From: an uncultured Chthonomonadaceae bacterium
GTDB taxonomy: Bacteria; Armatimonadota; Chthonomonadetes; Chthonomonadales; Chthonomonadaceae
Reading direction: 5' to 3'
Assembly (NCBI GenBank): GCA_963835065.1
Contig: CAWIEK010000025.1
Location: 1 to 17,333, forward strand
Length of the DNA stretch: 17,333 nt
Shown: one piece after another, positions 16,716-17,333 of the stretch
Layout: the number at the start of each line of letters is the position of its first letter
Position numbering within the stretch: the first letter of the stretch is position 1
The notes under the pieces: model-generated
The model's database searches: none
What the model was told of the DNA's origin: nothing
What the model saw: only the letters and a program-made list of their open reading frames with translations
Program-made: the position numbers and the translations under genes

Positions 16716-16882
16716 GCATATAAAATACCGGTTGTTAAGCCTACGGCCAATCGTCCTGCGGACGAAAAAACTATCGGTGTATTTACGCCGTGATGTACCA
16801 GGTTCGGGACCTTAACCTTTTGCAGCCCCTTCCAACCTTCGTCCAATCGGCGGAACGTCTAACTATCCGGTATTTTATATGC
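16716..16882 (-). ncRNA. Candidate rod-shaped structured RNA (6S-like size) or MITE
   Basis: Perfect 16-bp terminal IR (16716-16731 / 16867-16882) plus several internal helices that need G-U pairs available only on the minus strand. Confidence 0.4.
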
Positions 16883-17016
16883 CAGATATCGACGCGAGAA
16901 ATTCAGGCTGGACGGGAGAACGCGCCGACATTACGCTGACTGTTGCGCAAGCAGGAGAGTGTACGTTTCTTGAAGTTCCGGCTTTGCGGCTAAAAAGGCA
17001 GATACCTGCTTTGCTT

Positions 17017-17067
17017 GGTGTTCGGTATCGGTGTTGGTGTTCGGTATTCGGGTGTTCAGGTGTTGGG
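17017..17067. repeat. Degenerate single-arm GGTGTTC(A/G) array related to the 11396-11525 element
   Basis: GGTGTTC-GGTATC-GGTGTT-GGTGTTC-GGTATTCG-GGTGTTCA-GGTGTTGG. Confidence 0.7.
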
Positions 17068-17096
17068 GCGGCTTGCTTCACGCATTGCTGCCTTAT

Positions 17097-17254
17097 CCCG
17101 GCCATGAATGGCACGGGCTGCGGAGGGTAAGCCGGATAAATCCGGCTGTGGAAGTGATTTGCTGTGGGGATGCAGACGATTTACGCAGGTAAACCCGTTG
17201 TACAGCCCCGTTTACAGGGCTTGCCTTGCGCAGCCCGTGCCATTCATGGCCGGG
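17097..17254. repeat. REP/REPIN-like palindromic element
   Basis: Perfect 26-bp IR CCCGGCCATGAATGGCACGGGCTGCG (17097-17122 / 17229-17254). Internal hairpins AGCCGGATAAATCCGGCT (17130-17147) and AGCCCCGTTTACAGGGCT (about 17203-17221). Confidence 0.8.
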
Positions 17255-17333
17255 CGACCATTCGACAGGAGTAGAATGAATTCCGGCGCGACACGAGGAG
17301 GTCAAGCAATTGTCCAGCCGAAGGCAGAAGCGG

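Noticed and set aside
16790..16830. SRP (4.5S) RNA or tRNA in the structured region
   Set aside because: The conserved SRP CAGG..GGAA..AGCAG motif and a tRNA cloverleaf/TTC arm were not found.
16406..17305. Short ORFs at the right end
   Set aside because: They run through palindromes and low-complexity DNA, with no RBS or protein motifs.

Overview
Bacterial genomic window with three parts. (1) 72-5715 (+): a very large sacsin-like GHKL-ATPase protein with a C-terminal DUF3883/NOV-type PD-(D/E)xK nuclease, split by one +1 frameshift near 2426-2439, followed by a decayed small helical gene. (2) Metabolic genes: a Gfo/Idh/MocA oxidoreductase, two convergent MFS transporters and a sugar-phosphate isomerase/epimerase. 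(3) A minus-strand TerY-P triad (vWA TerY, PP2C phosphatase, YegI-like kinase with TM helices and a WD40 propeller). The most striking unexplained structure is a set of inverted-repeat elements built from 7-9-nt tandem units. One sits at each of the three junctions downstream of terY, PP2C and the kinase. One of them carries a four-helix-bundle (23S rRNA IVS/Avd-like) gene, and its stem would place the PP2C stop next to the kinase ATG. Related arrays are translated in frame inside three proteins. The right end holds two REP/REPIN-like palindromes, a candidate rod-shaped ncRNA and a short ORF with a perfect Shine-Dalgarno upstream of terY. Family assignments come from motifs recognised by eye; no searches were run.
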